Positions 63,807-64,000 of a stretch of DNA of 64,000 nucleotides are shown here, piece after piece. The first letter of the stretch is position 1. The number at the start of each line of letters is the position of its first letter. The stretch is from Felis catus (Eukaryota), in contig NC_058368.1 of NCBI RefSeq assembly GCF_018350175.1, positions 10,788,001-10,852,000 on the forward strand. Reading direction: 5' to 3'. The notes beneath the pieces were generated by a model. It made no database searches. It was not told the origin of the DNA and saw only the letters and a program-made list of their open reading frames with translations. The position numbers and the translations under genes are program-made.

Positions 63807-64000
63807 GGGGCATCTGTGGCTCTTTTGGTTAAGCGTCTGACTTCAGCTCAGCTCATGATCTCGCAGTTCATGGGTTCGAGCCCCGCTTCTGTCTCTGTGC
63901 TGACAGCTCAGAGCCTGGAGCCTGCTTCAGATTCTGTGTCTCCCCTTCTCTCTGCCCCTCCCCCACTCACATTCTGTCTCTGTCTCTCTTTCTCAAGAAT
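63807..64000 (+). mobile_element. CAN-SINE (runs off the window end)
   Basis: SINE head and body inserted at the tail of the previous SINE. Confidence 0.93.

Overview
Mammalian, felid (cat-family) genomic DNA, identified by Feliformia-type CAN-SINEs and carnivore L1 3' ends. The window is repeat-dominated, with no CpG island and no convincing host protein-coding exon. The main feature is a near full-length but inactivated class I (gamma-like) endogenous retrovirus at ~51619-60799 (+): 5' LTR, tRNA-Ile-type primer-binding site, gag, pro, pol, env, PPT and 3' LTR. Its Gag, Pol and Env motifs resemble the HERV-H/F clade, so the Ile PBS is unexpected. Other contents are a decayed ERV-L internal region with a 3' LTR (~6.6-10.9 kb), several L1s (two with twin-priming inversions, one with a likely 3' transduction), about 15 CAN-SINEs, MaLR LTRs, MER/Tigger DNA-transposon relics and L2/MIR/CR1 fragments. 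Several small local templated duplications (inverted and direct) look like DNA-repair scars. Subfamily names come from remembered consensus motifs, not a database search, and boundaries of old elements are approximate.
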